This document shows positions 1-13,378 of a stretch of 64,000 nt of DNA, piece after piece. Positions within the stretch are counted from its first letter, which is position 1; every line of letters begins with the position of its first letter. This DNA is from Lytechinus pictus (taxonomy: Eukaryota): positions 35,464,001 to 35,528,000 of the forward strand of contig NC_087251.1 of NCBI RefSeq assembly GCF_037042905.1, in the 5' to 3' direction. A model generated the notes under the pieces. The model searched no databases and was not told the DNA's origin. It saw nothing but the letters and a program-made list of their open reading frames with translations. The position numbers and the translations under genes are program-made.

Positions 1-484
1 TAGAAAAATGTTCTACGATCATTGCTAATCTTTGTGTTTCGGGCCTCTGGTCGGTATTCTATACCAAATGCGCGTGTAACATTTGTCTTGATTGGTCAGT
101 CCATGGATTGCTAATCTTTGTGTTACGGAGCTCTGGTGAAATGTTACCCCCTCATACATTTTGACAATTGCAATTGATTATGACTTTTATTATCATTAAC
201 TTCAATTTTTCCCCTTTTAATTATATTTATTCACCAGGAACGGAAGGAATGATGCGTCTCCTGCATGCTAGCCTAGGTTGCGAATCATCAACCTCATCCA
301 AAACCAACTTCTCGTGTCTGCGCTAAACTTACAGTCATCATTACAGACTAATCCTTGGTATTCATCCCGGAATGGGCATTTTTATTTGCTCGTATCTTCG
401 AAACTCTTTTGATTCGCCTATGACACACACAGATCTTTTCCATGAACATTCGAAACTTATCACAACTCTGATATGGAAATATAC

Positions 485-1075
485 TGACCAGAAAGAGTTC
501 GTCCCTCTTAGCTAACTGTAGGCCCGGCTGATCCGAACCTTTTAGGCATTATTGATTATCATCTGACGAGCAGAGACGTTTTCAAGAACAACTGGAAGTT
601 TTATAATTGTAATAACTAACCAAGGAAACTACTAGGAAAGGAGTATCCTCACTCTAAGCTAACTGTCGGCCTGGCTGATCCGAACCTTTTACGAGGTTTT
701 GTCGATTAGTCTGTGACGCACATAGAGACTTTCAAGGATGATATCTGATATTAATAACGATTCTGATAAAACGAAATCTGGATGTACACTGGTCAGAGTT
801 CGTCCGTCTAAGCTAACTGTCAGTCTTGCTGATCCGAACCTTTCAGGTTTGTTGATCAGCCATGCACGCGCAGAGACGATTTCAAAATATAAACGGAGGC
901 CTTGGAATTGTGGTAACTAACCACGGTACATACCAGGAAAGGAATACCGTCCTTCTAAAACAAATGTCGGTCTGGCTGATCCGAATCTTTCAAGAGATTT
1001 GTTGATCAGTCTGAGACGCGCATATGCTTTCAAGAACAACTGGAGACTTTGTAATTGTAATAACATATGTTCCAG
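485..1075. repeat. Diverged tandem repeat, 4 units of about 150 bp (two ~301-bp dimers)
   Basis: GCTGATCCGAA core at 527, 674, 828 and 975. Units 1 and 3 share AGAGTTCGTCC; units 2 and 4 share AGGAAAGGA. Confidence 0.85.
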
Positions 1076-1127
1076 GAAAAAAATATCGACGAAACATTGC
1101 TGATCTTAAATGGACACTGAAGCCCAA

Positions 1128-1249
1128 TCAACGATTCCATGATCCTTTTGGATAATTGTGAAAGATGGCATTTTTATGGCCTTTGGACGATGCCCCAGTG
1201 TATTTTGACTGAAGCCTTGTAGATGTAGGGGGTAAGTGAAGGTTGTCTG
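1128..1249 (-). CDS. Candidate terminal coding exon of the membrane-protein gene
   Basis: Acceptor aagttttcag|cag (NAGNAG). The phase-1 frame stays open for 40 codons: (A)DNLHLPPTSTRLQSKYTGASSKGHKNAIFHNYPKGSWNR*. The acceptor is weak and I recognise no homology. Confidence 0.3.
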
Positions 1250-2360
1250 CTGAAAACTTAACAATTTCACTTGTGATCTTAGTGGAAATCTAGAATTCAC
1301 TAAGATGGATCAGAGTTGGTTTGAGCTTGACCGAATCTAACCGATAGGACAACATTGATACACATAGGATTAATTGATATAAATGTAGTGTAAGGGTCTT
1401 GTTTTAATGAACCCTGACTCGTCTTAGTAAATTGGGTGTTCCATATCACGAAGATTGTTGGGTTGGAAGTACATAACTTTTATATTTCCTATCTTTTTTT
1501 CGAACACGTCACCTTGCGTTACCGATATACAGTTTCTTCGAAGTCCGACATCGAATCACCGTAAAGCTGAAAAGCTCTTAAAAGGACGAGAAGAGTCAAC
1601 GAAGACTAAATTATTCTTCTCTCCTGGGGTAAGATATCATTGAGTTTATTTCTCTTATCCGTTTTTACAAAGAAAGTTATATGAATCTGTGAACGATATT
1701 TGAATTTAATGCCTCTATTGTGCTTTTATACCACATTGATATTGGTGAACTCATATATTATTATTAGATTAGTGCTATCTCCCTTCTAGGACTAATGCGA
1801 AACATTGATTTGACAGTCATTGTGATTGAAGAGAAGCCATAATAATAATAAAAACAATATTACCATGATTACAAAAAAATATAAAGAAATATCTTCTGAC
1901 TGTTCTGAATCTTTAAAGCAAATCCTCAGAGTCCCGCACAATCTTTATTAGCGATTATGATCTCTAAACGGAAATATATCGGTCGTTTTAAATATAACAG
2001 CAGATATTTATAAACCATAATTGGGTAATGGATCAACTTTTATTTTGACTAGAGACACATTTGTAATCATCAAATGCCTGACCATATTGATGACGATGAA
2101 AATGAAGAAAGAAAAATAATATCAGATGTTCCAAAGACTATAATAGTGTTAGATCTAATTTGTTTTCATCGATGCTTCATATTTGTCCTTATACTGGATC
2201 ACCTGTATAACACCAAACGGTCCGTCATTATCTAAGCCGATATTACGATGAAAAAGGAAGACGACGATAAAGAAAAGACGAAACAGTCGAATATGACAAA
2301 GAATAACTTTAGCCAAGAAGAATTAGTTCAATTATTATGAGCAACAGACATTGGAGACGC

Positions 2361-2420
2361 AGTGGTAGTGGTGGTAGTAGAAATAGTAGGAGTAGTATTA
2401 ATAGTAGTAGTAGTAGCAGC
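2361..2420. repeat. (TAG/TGG)n microsatellite
   Basis: Visible gtagtagtag runs. Confidence 0.8.
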
Positions 2421-4292
2421 TGAGAATCAGAAGTGTTTGAACAATCGTCTATTTAGAAATTGTTAATGGACAGACAATATTTTTTTCCAAGAAATAAAAC
2501 AAAAGATTTGTTTCTTATATTTAAAAAAATGAGGAGTATTCTCAACGCTATATGTCCTTTTTTTGTTAATAACTCCCGCTTTCCCCGTTTTTTTTTCTTT
2601 CTCTCTCGCTTTCCCTTCATTTCTTCTATCTGTATCTCTGCCAGGGAACCCTCGCTATGGATCCACGCCTGGCTAACGTTACCGCTGTGACACGTCACCA
2701 TGGACCAAAGTTCTGCATATTTATCTTTCCTTTTTATGGGACACCTTGTACAGTCGTACATGTATGACTAAAGTTACCTTTAGGGTGAATCAGCGCGACA
2801 AACCTCACTCAAAATGTTACAATTTTGCATTAGTTGCTGACATTACCTTTAACCAGCATTACAATTCATTTGTAGAGGAGCAAGTTTTATACACGCTTGA
2901 AGAAAAGGCCCGGGGAAAAACCATCCCCTTCTATTCCCGAGTCCCGTTATTAAAATCTAACAACTGAAATAAAAGTGCGGTCACGCGAACTCCTTGAAAG
3001 GGCATAAGGTTTAGTAAATTTATATCGCAGGGGAAAAAGTAGTGAAAGTAACAAGTTCTTAACTGAAATCTGATCTCAATGTGCTTCAAAGAGTGCATTG
3101 GATTAGGGTATGCCATGGGCATACAATGACATCATTACATCCATACAAGGGTGAAGATGAAGTACAAGCGGGAGGCATCTCACCTCCCATGCAACCAACC
3201 CTAAAGTTCCCTCGAGTGAACTGTGCCTTACCCATATGACCTGTTAGCTTCCTTTGTATCCATTATTAAGCAGTGAATCTCTCTCTCTCTTTTTTTCTCT
3301 CTCTCTCCCTATCTCTCCATTTCACTCGCTACGTCTTAATCTTAAATTCATTTATCACATTCACAGTGCCCCGATGATAACTAAATAATAGGGAGGTTAT
3401 ATTTCATTTTCATCATCGAAGTACTCATCATAGAATAGAACGTTTAAGAAGTGATCCGTCGTTTGGCAAAGGAGGAATGTAACATTCCTACTCTCTAAAT
3501 TTAAAGGCGTTGAATATGCCAATCGTTTCACTCGGTATTGAGTGGCAACGCACTCCTGTACGAGTGACCATGACGATGCCCCTTCATTCGCCATTTCCAC
3601 TCATTAGTAGGAGTGAGTAACAATCGTCGTTCATCATCGAGTTAGACTGCAACACGCTTCGCGCCGCGCTGGTAATTTTGGAAAGGTCTATGGGTTCGGG
3701 GTTGTGATGCTAGACTACCCCTTTCGGGGTCACCTTAGTCTAGATCTAGACTATGTTTTTATTTTATGTACTTGTGTGTTTGAAAGCCTAACGTAGATCG
3801 GCGGGGGTTCACTGATTCTTTCTTTCACACGTTTCGGCAGAGGGTACCTCCAAACTCCCTGGTCTAAGAGAGTGGATTACTGGACTTGTTCACCTTTTTA
3901 CGTGACGTTCCAAACACTTGGATACAGAAAAATATGATAAAATGCGTGAAGATCTATACTAGACTGGGTGCTGGTGTGTACGTGCTTGTCAATCCTTGAA
4001 GTTAGATTTATCATGTAATTTTTTTTGGTTCGCCCAAATTTATTTCATATGCACTTAGACATTTTTTTTAATGTGACTGAAAATCTTATCTATGTAAAAC
4101 TGGGATATGTATCTTTTATTCTGTCGACATGAGTGTTAAGAAAAAAAAACCTCTCCGAAAGAGTCCTATCGCACTTTATTTTTCACTCGGAAATGTTTAT
4201 TCTAGTGATTAGTATTCAACTATTTTAGAGAGTGTCTCTTTGCCCTATCTGTCCTTACAAGTAACGGAAATTGATGAGGAATAGTAGTATGG

Positions 4293-4410
4293 TTAATGCC
4301 AAAGTAGCACCAACAAAACGGAATCCAAACCGACCGATAGTATTCCATTCAAAATGGCATAATAGCTTTGATCAGTCTGGAATCGGTTTCGTCGGTGTGA
4401 CTGTAGCCTA
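4293..4410. mobile_element. Short MITE (PIF/Harbinger-like); related copy at 46143-46258
   Basis: Imperfect TIRs; shares TCCAAACCGA, TAATAGCTTTG and GTCTGGAATCGGTTTC with the 46.1-kb copy. Confidence 0.6.
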
Positions 4411-5551
4411 CGCCTTTGCTTTTTCCTCGTTGCTTTGTTTGAAATTCTAATAGGCCTAATATTTATTGGAATTCCCTAACGATTGACTCTTGCGTATGAA
4501 TATATTATAGAACCATTTTACCCATACCTTAAGATAGGAAAATCAATATCATCTCGCATGAAGGAACGTCTATTACTTTTAAATCATACAGTGGAGATCA
4601 ATAACCCGTCGCCATGGTAACCCAATCTTTCTGCATCCAGTGGGTCTATTGATAGCAGTATGAATATGATGGATACATCGCGAATTGCGCTAAATGGAAG
4701 AAAATCTGCGAGGCTCCTTCCGAGAACGATAGATCAATTTATAGCCGGTGACATCCTCTCTTTCCTTCCACCCTGATCCAATTAATCAGTGAGATGATCC
4801 AACAGCCACGAGGTTTAAAAGGCTAGAGTGACACTTAATCCATCAAAATCCATGCCGTTTTAATCCAATCATAATTCATCATTAAAGTGCAATATTTAAC
4901 AAGGAAAGACGGAATGAGAAGACAGCTAGTCAAGACGGTCACATTCCAACTTTTCTCTATGATTATACGTCTATTATGCGGTATGGGAGATATTATTTTG
5001 TACGCATAACATTTAAATCCGTACAATCAATTCACAATTTATCATTATGGGTGCAACATTTAACAACAAAAGCTCGAAAACGAGTCGATAGCTACAGTCA
5101 AGCTTATCATATTCCAGGCTGATCTCTACTTCTATGCGCATACCGTGTTGTATGAGTGATATCATTAATCCCTTAATCTCTACCAATAATCGAACCATAA
5201 TTCAATAAAGGTATTAAAGTACAATATGTAACAAGAAAAGTGCGATATTTAACAAGGAAGGATAATTATTCCCAAATGGCCTCTATCATTATGCTACATG
5301 GGAGATATTTTTCCGCATCCCATAAATCCATATCATTAATCTAATGACAATTCGTCATTAAACCGATATGAGCGATATTCAACAACATAAATAGATGGAA
5401 ATCATTTTGACAGCTTGTCAAGGTTATCTTAATTATTCCAAACTGGTCTCGTGTTGTATTGGAAATGTTGTGTCCAGGAAGGGAGGTGGGACTAGCCCAG
5501 GACTCGACTATAGTCCATCCCTCTGGCCCAAGTGTCCTAGCTGACACTATA

Positions 5552-5696
5552 CTGGGGGCATTCATGAAGAGTTTTTTTCTGTGATTTTCACCGACTAATA
5601 TTGTTCTCAGTCAGTCAATCAATCACGAGCAATGATTTTCAGGAGCATCTGCCGGTGTTAATCACTGACAAAGGTATTTCATGGAACCCTCCCCAG
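5552..5696. mobile_element. ~140-bp MITE family (consensus ends CTGGGGAGCGTTTCATGAA / TTCATGAAACGCTCCCCAG), copy 1
   Basis: Imperfect TIRs and a central CAATCA motif; five related copies in the window. Confidence 0.65.
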
Positions 5697-5769
5697 GTGT
5701 TTGTTACTACTGCTGCTGCTGTTATGCAACTACTGTTATGCAACTACTGCTAGCGCTGATAAAGTCAAT

Positions 5770-6068
5770 AATAATTATAATTATAATAATATTTCCCATT
5801 TATGTAACGCAGCTACTATAATTGCATCTACTGCACTTGATATCAAATTAATATTACCCCGGCTATAGATGAGCCGCCATATAGGCAAGAAAGGGTTTAA
5901 GAAATAAATCTTACGGGGAAGTGAGGGTACCATTCATCTTACCTGGGTCGAGTGCAGCACAGTGGGGGTAGATTTCTTGCCGAAGAAAAACACGCCATGA
6001 CTGGGATTCGAACCCAAGTCTCTCTGATTGAAAGACGAGAGTTGTTACCACTAGACCACGACGCCCCC
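5770..6068 (-). mobile_element. tRNA-derived SINE
   Basis: Minus strand begins GGGGGCGTCG TGGTCTAGTGG (A box) then GGTTCGAATCC (B box). Central ...GGCAAGAAAT...CTCGACCCAGGT...AATGGTACC domain and a TTA-rich tail. Confidence 0.85.
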
Positions 6069-6069
6069 A

Positions 6070-6290
6070 TAATGGTAACGATTAAACCTTAAAAATATTA
6101 ATGTAATGGTGAAAATAATGACGGTAATGATGATGTCGATTACAATTATTAATGATGATGAAAATAATTTCAAGTAATTATCAATAATGATAAATCAATA
6201 CTAACAACAATGATGACACTGGGAATGATGTTGGTAATTAGAAGAGAAATGATAATGAAAAGCATGATGATGATAATGATGATTATATAG
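6070..6290. repeat. Degenerate (AAT/GAT)n low-complexity tract
   Basis: Trinucleotide runs; explains ORF 6170..6379. Confidence 0.75.
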
Positions 6291-7073
6291 CAATTCTCAA
6301 TATATTTTATATATTCAAGCAATCGAGTCATTACTTTACAATGTAGCATCACAGAGTTTACTGGCCATATCCACGGCATCGATAGATATACTGCCTTTAT
6401 TCACTATTCGGCTCTGTTCCAGACAAATTACTGATTTGATGCTTATGAGTGAATTCAGAATGCTACATATACACTTCACAAAATCCCTCTCATCGATTTC
6501 CCCTCACGGCAAAAGATGGCTTTTCACGCATGAAAACCTTCGACCGTACCCTAACATGGAGTTTGAAAGGGGCAATTGTGTTAACCTCCGCGTTGCAGGT
6601 GCAAAGCCAGGGTCTCTTACGTCTTTCATCTATCCACAAGAGTTTATTTGCATTTTGCGATTTGTTTTTTATTGCAAATCTTTGTCCTTCCAGAGGTCTA
6701 GAAACCTTTCCTTAATAATAAATAATCCATACCAGTTGAGATTTCTCGTAGGTTTATTTTGTCGCAATTTATTTCTTATTACAGAAGATTATACCTCGAA
6801 AATCAATTACTGATTGACAGCGTGTATGATCACTTATTTTGGAAAAGGGTAGATGACATAGTGTCTCTCAGCTTTCGTTTTTAAAGATGCTAGAAAAATG
6901 GTATCAAGATGTATGTTTTTAAGTTTGATTCCTCTACACAAATTATTGAAAGTTATTTGGGATGACGTCATTGATACACAAAAGAGAACCGAAGGACAAA
7001 CCACCCCCTAAAACCTTTATAACCTCCTTTTAACCCTTAATAAAAATAAAACAAGAACATCGACGTAACTTAA

Positions 7074-7468
7074 AGAGAAATGCCAGTAGTTGCAGTAAAC
7101 ACTGATTTCATGAGAAAGTCTGTAAAACCAGGCTTAATTGTCAGTATATCATCGAGGATCTAGATCTGGTACAGTTATACATAAACTGAACTTTGTGAAA
7201 TCTTGAAATCTACGCTGAAAAATGTTCACACTGAAGATCACCAACACAGATAAGCGCATGTGGGACAGTGTATTATTATTGCTTTGAATGTCGGCCCGAC
7301 GCTTGACCCGAATCCTGTGCTTATTTGCTTATTTCTCAGCAATTACACAATTTCTTCCAGAATCCTTTGGCACATGTTTTTATTTATACAAACAGACACT
7401 TTGGTGGTCATTTCTTTGGATTCTGTACGAACTCATTTTGATATCGTTACCACAACTGGCATTTACCT
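7074..7468. mobile_element. TTAA-target MITE (Kolobok/piggyBac-type, non-autonomous)
   Basis: TTAA|AGAGAAATGCCAGT ... ACTGGCATTTACCT|TTAA. Confidence 0.85.
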
Positions 7469-7780
7469 TTAACACTGCTAATTTCGCATCTTATCCTTGG
7501 CCCTTAGAATCATGATTTCTTATTTGAAATTATTCAAAATCATTCTCACTCATGAAAACAAAAAAATGAATAGGAAATCTTGATGAAATAATCATTCAAC
7601 AGAAGGATTCAACAAATTTTTATTCATTCCCCAAGCAACAATACTTGAAATATTTTCCACCATTCCAGCAGGGATATCCTTCCGATAAACACCACTCCCT
7701 CATTTCATCTGCCTGGACCACCCCCCCCCCCCTTGCTCTCCTCTTTACGACTCTGGACGAAAGGGTCGCTGTCATATCAT

Positions 7781-7910
7781 AGGGAGCATTTCATTGAAAC
7801 AAATACTCAGTGAATTTCACATAAGCTACTGAAATCCTCGCCAATGACTGGCCAACGGCAAATTTACCTTTGAAAGTTCACTGACAAGATGTTTTTTAAA
7901 TGTTCCCCTG
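7781..7910. mobile_element. ~140-bp MITE family, copy 2
   Basis: AGGGAGCATTTCATTGAAA ... TTTAAATGTTCCCCTG; ends about 50 bp from the 7960 donor site. Confidence 0.55.
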
Positions 7911-7959
7911 GTTTCCCCCTGGCTCCTGCACCAGACACACAAACACGAATCAATCTTAC

Positions 7960-8064
7960 CTTTATGGCTGATATGACTTGGTAGACGGGAGGCCTCTTGA
8001 ATAATGCGGTCAAACACTCGACTGGTTGAGTTCTTCCTGGTGATATCCTCACGGGACCCGGATG
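7960..8064 (-). CDS. Next cytoplasmic-tail exon of the same gene
   Basis: Long polypyrimidine tract plus cctcag| and a consensus donor AAAG|gtaaga; 105 nt, phase 1/1. Reads (T)SGSREDITRKNSTSRVFDRIIQEASRLPSHISHK. Confidence 0.78.
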
Positions 8065-8249
8065 CTGAGGATGGCATACACAGTCAAGTAAAGGAAGAAA
8101 AATGAAAGAAAAATAGTCACCATAAGACGAGCACCGGTTGAATGACCCCTGGTGAAGAACTAGGTTCGCATGCCCTATGTATCCCTTAGGTATTAAGTAA
8201 TCTATCCGGGGCAACGTCTGCTTATTTCGTGAATTAGAGCTTGAAAACC

Positions 8250-9200
8250 ACATATTGAATTTAATGGCGATGAAGTTTTATCATTAAACTATCTTAAAGA
8301 GCATATGATAAATGTCGATCAAGATGAAATTTCTCCCTCATGATCATTCTACAATCACTTGCCTTCATGGGGTAGTTGATGATTTTCATGAGACTCTTCA
8401 TAATAAAGAATGAAATGGTTCATGTTTCTTTTTGACATGCATGAATGTTTTGACTGCGTTAATCATGATTTACTCTTGTTTAAGCTTGAAAATTATGACA
8501 AAGAATTCAAATTTTAGTCTTACTTGTCACTGAAAGAAAACAACTTGTTTGTTTAAATGGTAAAACTCTTCGATAAAGGCATTATCATCGGGTACCACAG
8601 GGCAATGTACTTGCTCCTGTTCTATTTTCATTATTTATATGCGATATATCAGAAGGTCTTACCAGTATATTCTATTTATGTTTAGGATGTAGTTATCAAT
8701 GCATAATGTTACTCTCAATCTACAAAATACGTTGCTCACTCTAGAGAACTGGTATATATATAAGAGAAATAAGTAAAACCAAGATGATGTTAATCTCTAC
8801 TGAATCAACTAAATATCTTAATATCAATATTGGTCACGAACTAACTTCATTAGAGCAAGTTCAGGTACTTGGGTATTATTATACATGATAAATGAAGTGA
8901 AATGATTATCTAAGACATTTATACAAATAAACTACATACAAGATTTACGACCTCGGGAAATTGGCAAATTTTAAATAAATCTTTAATCAATACTTTATAT
9001 AAATCGTCTATTCAGCCGTGTCTGGATTACGGTATCTCAGTACTAGGTAACTGTCCTTAAAAAAAACTTAAAGTGCCTTATAGAGACACCCCCCCCCCTC
9101 CAAAAAAAAGAGGTTCGTCATGTAATCGTTTTAAGTACCACTTCTAAACTCGACTTAAATCAAAATTTCCCTGGCAAGTTCTTGATAATCGCTGTAATTT
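8250..9200 (+). mobile_element. Heavily degraded CR1/L2-group LINE reverse transcriptase relic
   Basis: Colinear RT motifs: FFDMHECFDCVNHDLLLFKL (~8430), VPQGNVLAPVLFSLFICD (~8590), FRYLGIII (~8860), LYKSSIQPCLDYGISV (~8995). Many stops and frameshifts. Confidence 0.85.
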
Positions 9201-9872
9201 TTTTTATTCTGTCATCCCTAATGGTACCAATAAGCCAGTTCATAGTTCCACTCTGCGCATGATCAGAAGATTCTGCGCATGATCAGAGGAAGGTCATTTG
9301 TACTAAAGTGACATGGTGGTTTAAAATTTAATGAGATAAGCACCAAATTCGATGTCTTGATTATTCATTATATTCTTTTGAATTTTGTTTTTCATTCACA
9401 TCCACAAAAAAATGCGTCCACGAATGACTGGTATATTTCACAGTTTGCCAAGTACATTGTACAACATCCTCTAGTATGCATTCAAAGTAGAAATGCAACA
9501 AATAACTTCATAGAGTGTTCATTGATGTGCTATTCTAGTCACCTGGTCTATTCAATTTCTTCATCCCACTATGTAAGGCATGCATACGTAATATCTTGCT
9601 TTAAAATCTACATATCTTAATGAAAGAAATGAAAGGTCATTTGACCAAAATTGTCCCAGAAGTAACTACGAACTGGTCTATACGTCCATAGTCTTGCGGG
9701 CCCATGCCGATTATGTAATGTTCTTCGATAGGCTTCAATCCGCACCATTCGAGTTGCAGTTAATAACATTTAATTAAATGATAAAAGAATGAAAAGAATG
9801 AAATAAAGAGGAAAATTGGCCTCGTGGACCCCCGGCCTCGTGGCAGACCCCTAAACTGACTTGTCTTTTTCT

Positions 9873-10350
9873 TAAGGGAAGTTCACCCTCACGAAAAATT
9901 TATTGTAAAAATACCAGAAAATGTAATAGAAATATTGGTGAAGGTTTGAGGAAACCCCATCAAATATTAAGAAAGTTATTAAAATTTTAAGGTTTTTATT
10001 TGCGACAGCTGCCCCATATCTTATGTAATATTAAATGCATAAATTTCATTTTTTAATGGTTCGTGATGACTGATTTGTTTTGTTTCAGGAGCGGGTGTGA
10101 AATGATGTCTGTTGATATAGGCCTACTGAAAGTACGAGGTTAACTGTTTTCATTTTTATTTAAGAAAAAAGGACATTTAATTGATCTTCTTTTTTTTGCT
10201 AAACGATATGTAGGAAAGCTGCTTGCAAACGTCACAATAAAACAAATAATTATAGTAACTTCTTTAATCTTTGATGGATTTCCCTCAAACAACCAAATTT
10301 TTTCCCTTGTTTTTCTGCTATTTATAAAACTTTGTGCCAGGGTAAACCAC
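9873..10350. mobile_element. Degraded TTAA-type MITE (Kolobok-like)
   Basis: TTAAGGGAAGTTCACCCT start. Inverted subterminal arms: AAATATTAAGAAAGTTATTA versus TAGTAACTTCTTTAATCTTT, and CCATCAAA versus TTTGATGG. Confidence 0.6.
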
Positions 10351-11807
10351 TGACGTAAAACAAAACGAACACACCACAAACCCATTGAAATTTTGAGTGT
10401 GGTTTACGACTTGGGAACGTTGTAAATAATCTAAGTGAATAAATGTCGCTTTTTTATGACAGAGCCGTTTGAATTGTCTAGGATACTCCCGCAGCATTTG
10501 CATGTATTTCGTTCGACGTTGTGTTTTTATTTTAAAGAGGCAGAAGGAATTATCTTATTTAGCATCGTCAATTTTTTATGGCTGCATTTCTGCTCATATC
10601 ATTTTCGTTTTCATTTTTCGGTAAACAAAACAGTCAAGATTGAACTTATGCGGAATTAATAGAAGACGAGAAATAACAATGGACTTTCAATCTGATTTCT
10701 GACACCGATAATAATTTTTCTTTTGTATACTGAATCATACCTTTTCGAACTTTTATCTAAATGTCGTAGTTTGACATGAGGTTCATGAGGAAACCAAAAG
10801 AAACAACCAATTACAATCAAATATCAAATACAATTAAATACTTTGTTCCTCAGCAAATAAAAACGCGGACATATATCATTACAATATTTTCCACCATGTA
10901 CTAGTATTCTTCAAGTAATTGTCATGGCAACAGTGTATATATCCTTATAAACAAATCGAAATTGTTAGAATTTTTTAGCATTATTCCAGGCAATTATTTT
11001 TTAAAGTGAACCAAGGCCAGACCATAGAACTAAACACTTAACTGTAATATTAGACATAGGGACTTGATAACCTCTTGGAAGAGTGATTTTGACAAAAGGT
11101 TGGTGTTGGCGTATAGGCGTTATATGTCACACAGGAAAAACCTTTACGATCATGGAAAGTTTGAGTGTACTTTGAGTGTAATATCAAGACATATATTCTT
11201 TGACTGGAAATCGTCATAGAAAATAAAAATATCTTGATCCAGGTATCCCTCCAGCTGTTGAAAAGAGGGACGGCATATTGACACTTTAACTTTAAAACCG
11301 TTATTAGCTAAAAAAAAAAATACCTTGACATGCACACATCATTAATCATTAGCATGATAAATCAGAAAACAATTTTGCTCTCGGATTTTATTTTTCAGGC
11401 AAAACTTAACAAATAGCTTTCTGAAATATCCCATGCCATCTATCGATAGTTATGTATAATTCGCGGCTAGACTTTAATCCCTTATTACATTCACCTATAG
11501 CAAGCAACTTCTTGAACAATCCTCATAATTATAGTTGTATGCTACATGTACAGAAATATTGCAAGGCGATTGATCAATAACATATTTTGTTTTCACACAG
11601 TTCTGGCATTAGTTATTGAAAACGAACATAACAGAACTAAACAAGTTCTTCATTGCTTTCAATATAAAGGTATATATGAGCAGTGCGCTGTATTACTTTA
11701 AAAATGCATTCACTTGTTATATCGAGGGTAACGTTAAGTCTATAGCAAGCTCTTTCAAAAAGCTATGATTAATTGTATAATAAGTGTATTACATTGCATC
11801 CTCAAGG

Positions 11808-12009
11808 TAATGCGACATTTGCTCCGATTACAGGTACTCCTCAGTTAATTTCTGAAGATATGAGGTAAGGGTAATGGTTGTGATTCTGATAGGGTTATTG
11901 GTTCAGAGTCACGCAGGGTTCGATCTAGGTTTAAGGTTAGGGTTGTAATTGACTTGATGTGTGGATTTTGAGACGAAGTAATCTCGTAAGTGCAAATGTC
12001 ATAGAACCT
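11808..12009. mobile_element. MITE with degenerate (GGGTTA)-like interior; related fragment near 50722-50880
   Basis: GACATTTGC / GCAAATGTC inverted ends, with internal ggttagggtt-like runs. Confidence 0.45.
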
Positions 12010-12014
12010 ATCAC

Positions 12015-12147
12015 CAGGGGAGCGTTTCATGAAATGATTTTATCCGACAATTACCATAGTAACAGTATCTTTCAGCCAATCAGAATCAAGGAAAGTTGTC
12101 AGATTTGACAACATGTCGGACGAAAATGTTGATGAAACACTCCCCAG
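12015..12147. mobile_element. ~140-bp MITE family, copy 3
   Basis: CAGGGGAGCGTTTCATGAAA ... TGATGAAACACTCCCCAG. Confidence 0.75.
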
Positions 12148-12559
12148 ATCTTAGTAATTTCCTTTCTCGATCACTTCACCGTATGAATGAGACACCATGT
12201 TCAGCTGCATGGGAATGTGACACGCCAACCGTTCTGTTTATTGATCGAATCTCATGCCCTATCGTATGGTGTTTATCATGGTAGTCTGATTTCAACGAAT
12301 GAACATTAATCATCGTATACAGAGTGTTCGATGAGTTGAAATCCTACAAGATAGCACGCAGGCTTGACGTCAATCTATTCGGAAGAGCCTCGCAATTGGC
12401 GGTGCATTTGCTGAAATGAGAATTCGTTCATTAGCTATACAAATTCGAGGTATTTATTTGGTTGAAAATCAATTGCCAAAATTGATTTGATGTTTATCAT
12501 TTCCATCGCTGTAATTTTTTTCTTTTTGATCATGATTACTGACAATAATGAATAAATCT

Positions 12560-13378
12560 ATTCCGGCCTGGCATCTCTCTTTTCTACTCATGCATTACCA
12601 TGGTAACATGATACAGATTATTTAATTTGAGCATTTTATGCCAAATTTTATACCTTGAAAACTAAATCCATACTATTTGTTATATCAAAAGTTTTATATC
12701 GGAAATGTTATCTTGTAATCATTCTTGATTTTGCCCATATATGGCCTATGGAAAGAGCTCGCGCGCACACGTGCTGCAAACTTTAACGGGTGTTAATTTT
12801 TTGTGATTAATGGTCGTAGAAGGTTGATCAAGGTATCAAATTGCTCATAATTATATTATCAATGCAATGATATTTAAAAAAAACGGTGTTTCTGCGTTGC
12901 GTTAAGGCGTTACGCGCGGAAACGCGCGCGCATATGTGTGCGCCCGCAAATTTTTGAAATGCTTAGAATGACCAGAAACGTACTCTACTTTGGTCGAAAA
13001 GTGATTTTGAGCATTTTAAAATTTTGACGCGCGCGTCGTGACCTCCAGGTGACCTTTGATGACATGCGCAGTTGACTCTTGACCTGAAGTTATTGTGATG
13101 TAAATATTGTTAATTTTTGATAATTGATAATGGAGATATGATTGATAATGTGATTTTACAAAATGGCGTCTAGATGACGTCATCATGACCCGATGACTTT
13201 GAAAAGCTTATTATGGCGTGTCCATGACAGATCCTATAGATGACATGAAATTCAATGAAATTGACATAGTAAAATTCGAGATATCTTGGCGACAAATATA
13301 TAGCCATTAAAAATAAATAAAGAGAAAGAAAATTCTGACGAAATTAAGAGGTGATCTGTCACAGACAGACCACCTAAT
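12560..13378 (-). mobile_element. Probable Helentron-associated (HINE/DINE-like) non-autonomous element
   Basis: Terminal inverted repeat AGGTGATCTGTC-aca-GACAGACCACCT at about 13348-13375 beside a GAAA-rich tract; interior rich in GCGC and TGACC. The left boundary is uncertain. Confidence 0.45.

Noticed and set aside
560-600. Hammerhead in the ~150-bp repeat (CTGACGAG)
   Set aside because: No stem II followed by GAAA, and the motif is not conserved in the other three units.
5995-6068. tRNA-Glu-like gene
   Set aside because: No clean acceptor stem, and it runs into a SINE body and tail; it is a SINE head.
6436-6813. 125-aa ORF and overlapping frames
   Set aside because: No recognisable motif and no convincing splice-site pair.
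11880-11945. Interstitial telomere
   Set aside because: Only short degenerate GGGTTA words inside an IR-bounded element.
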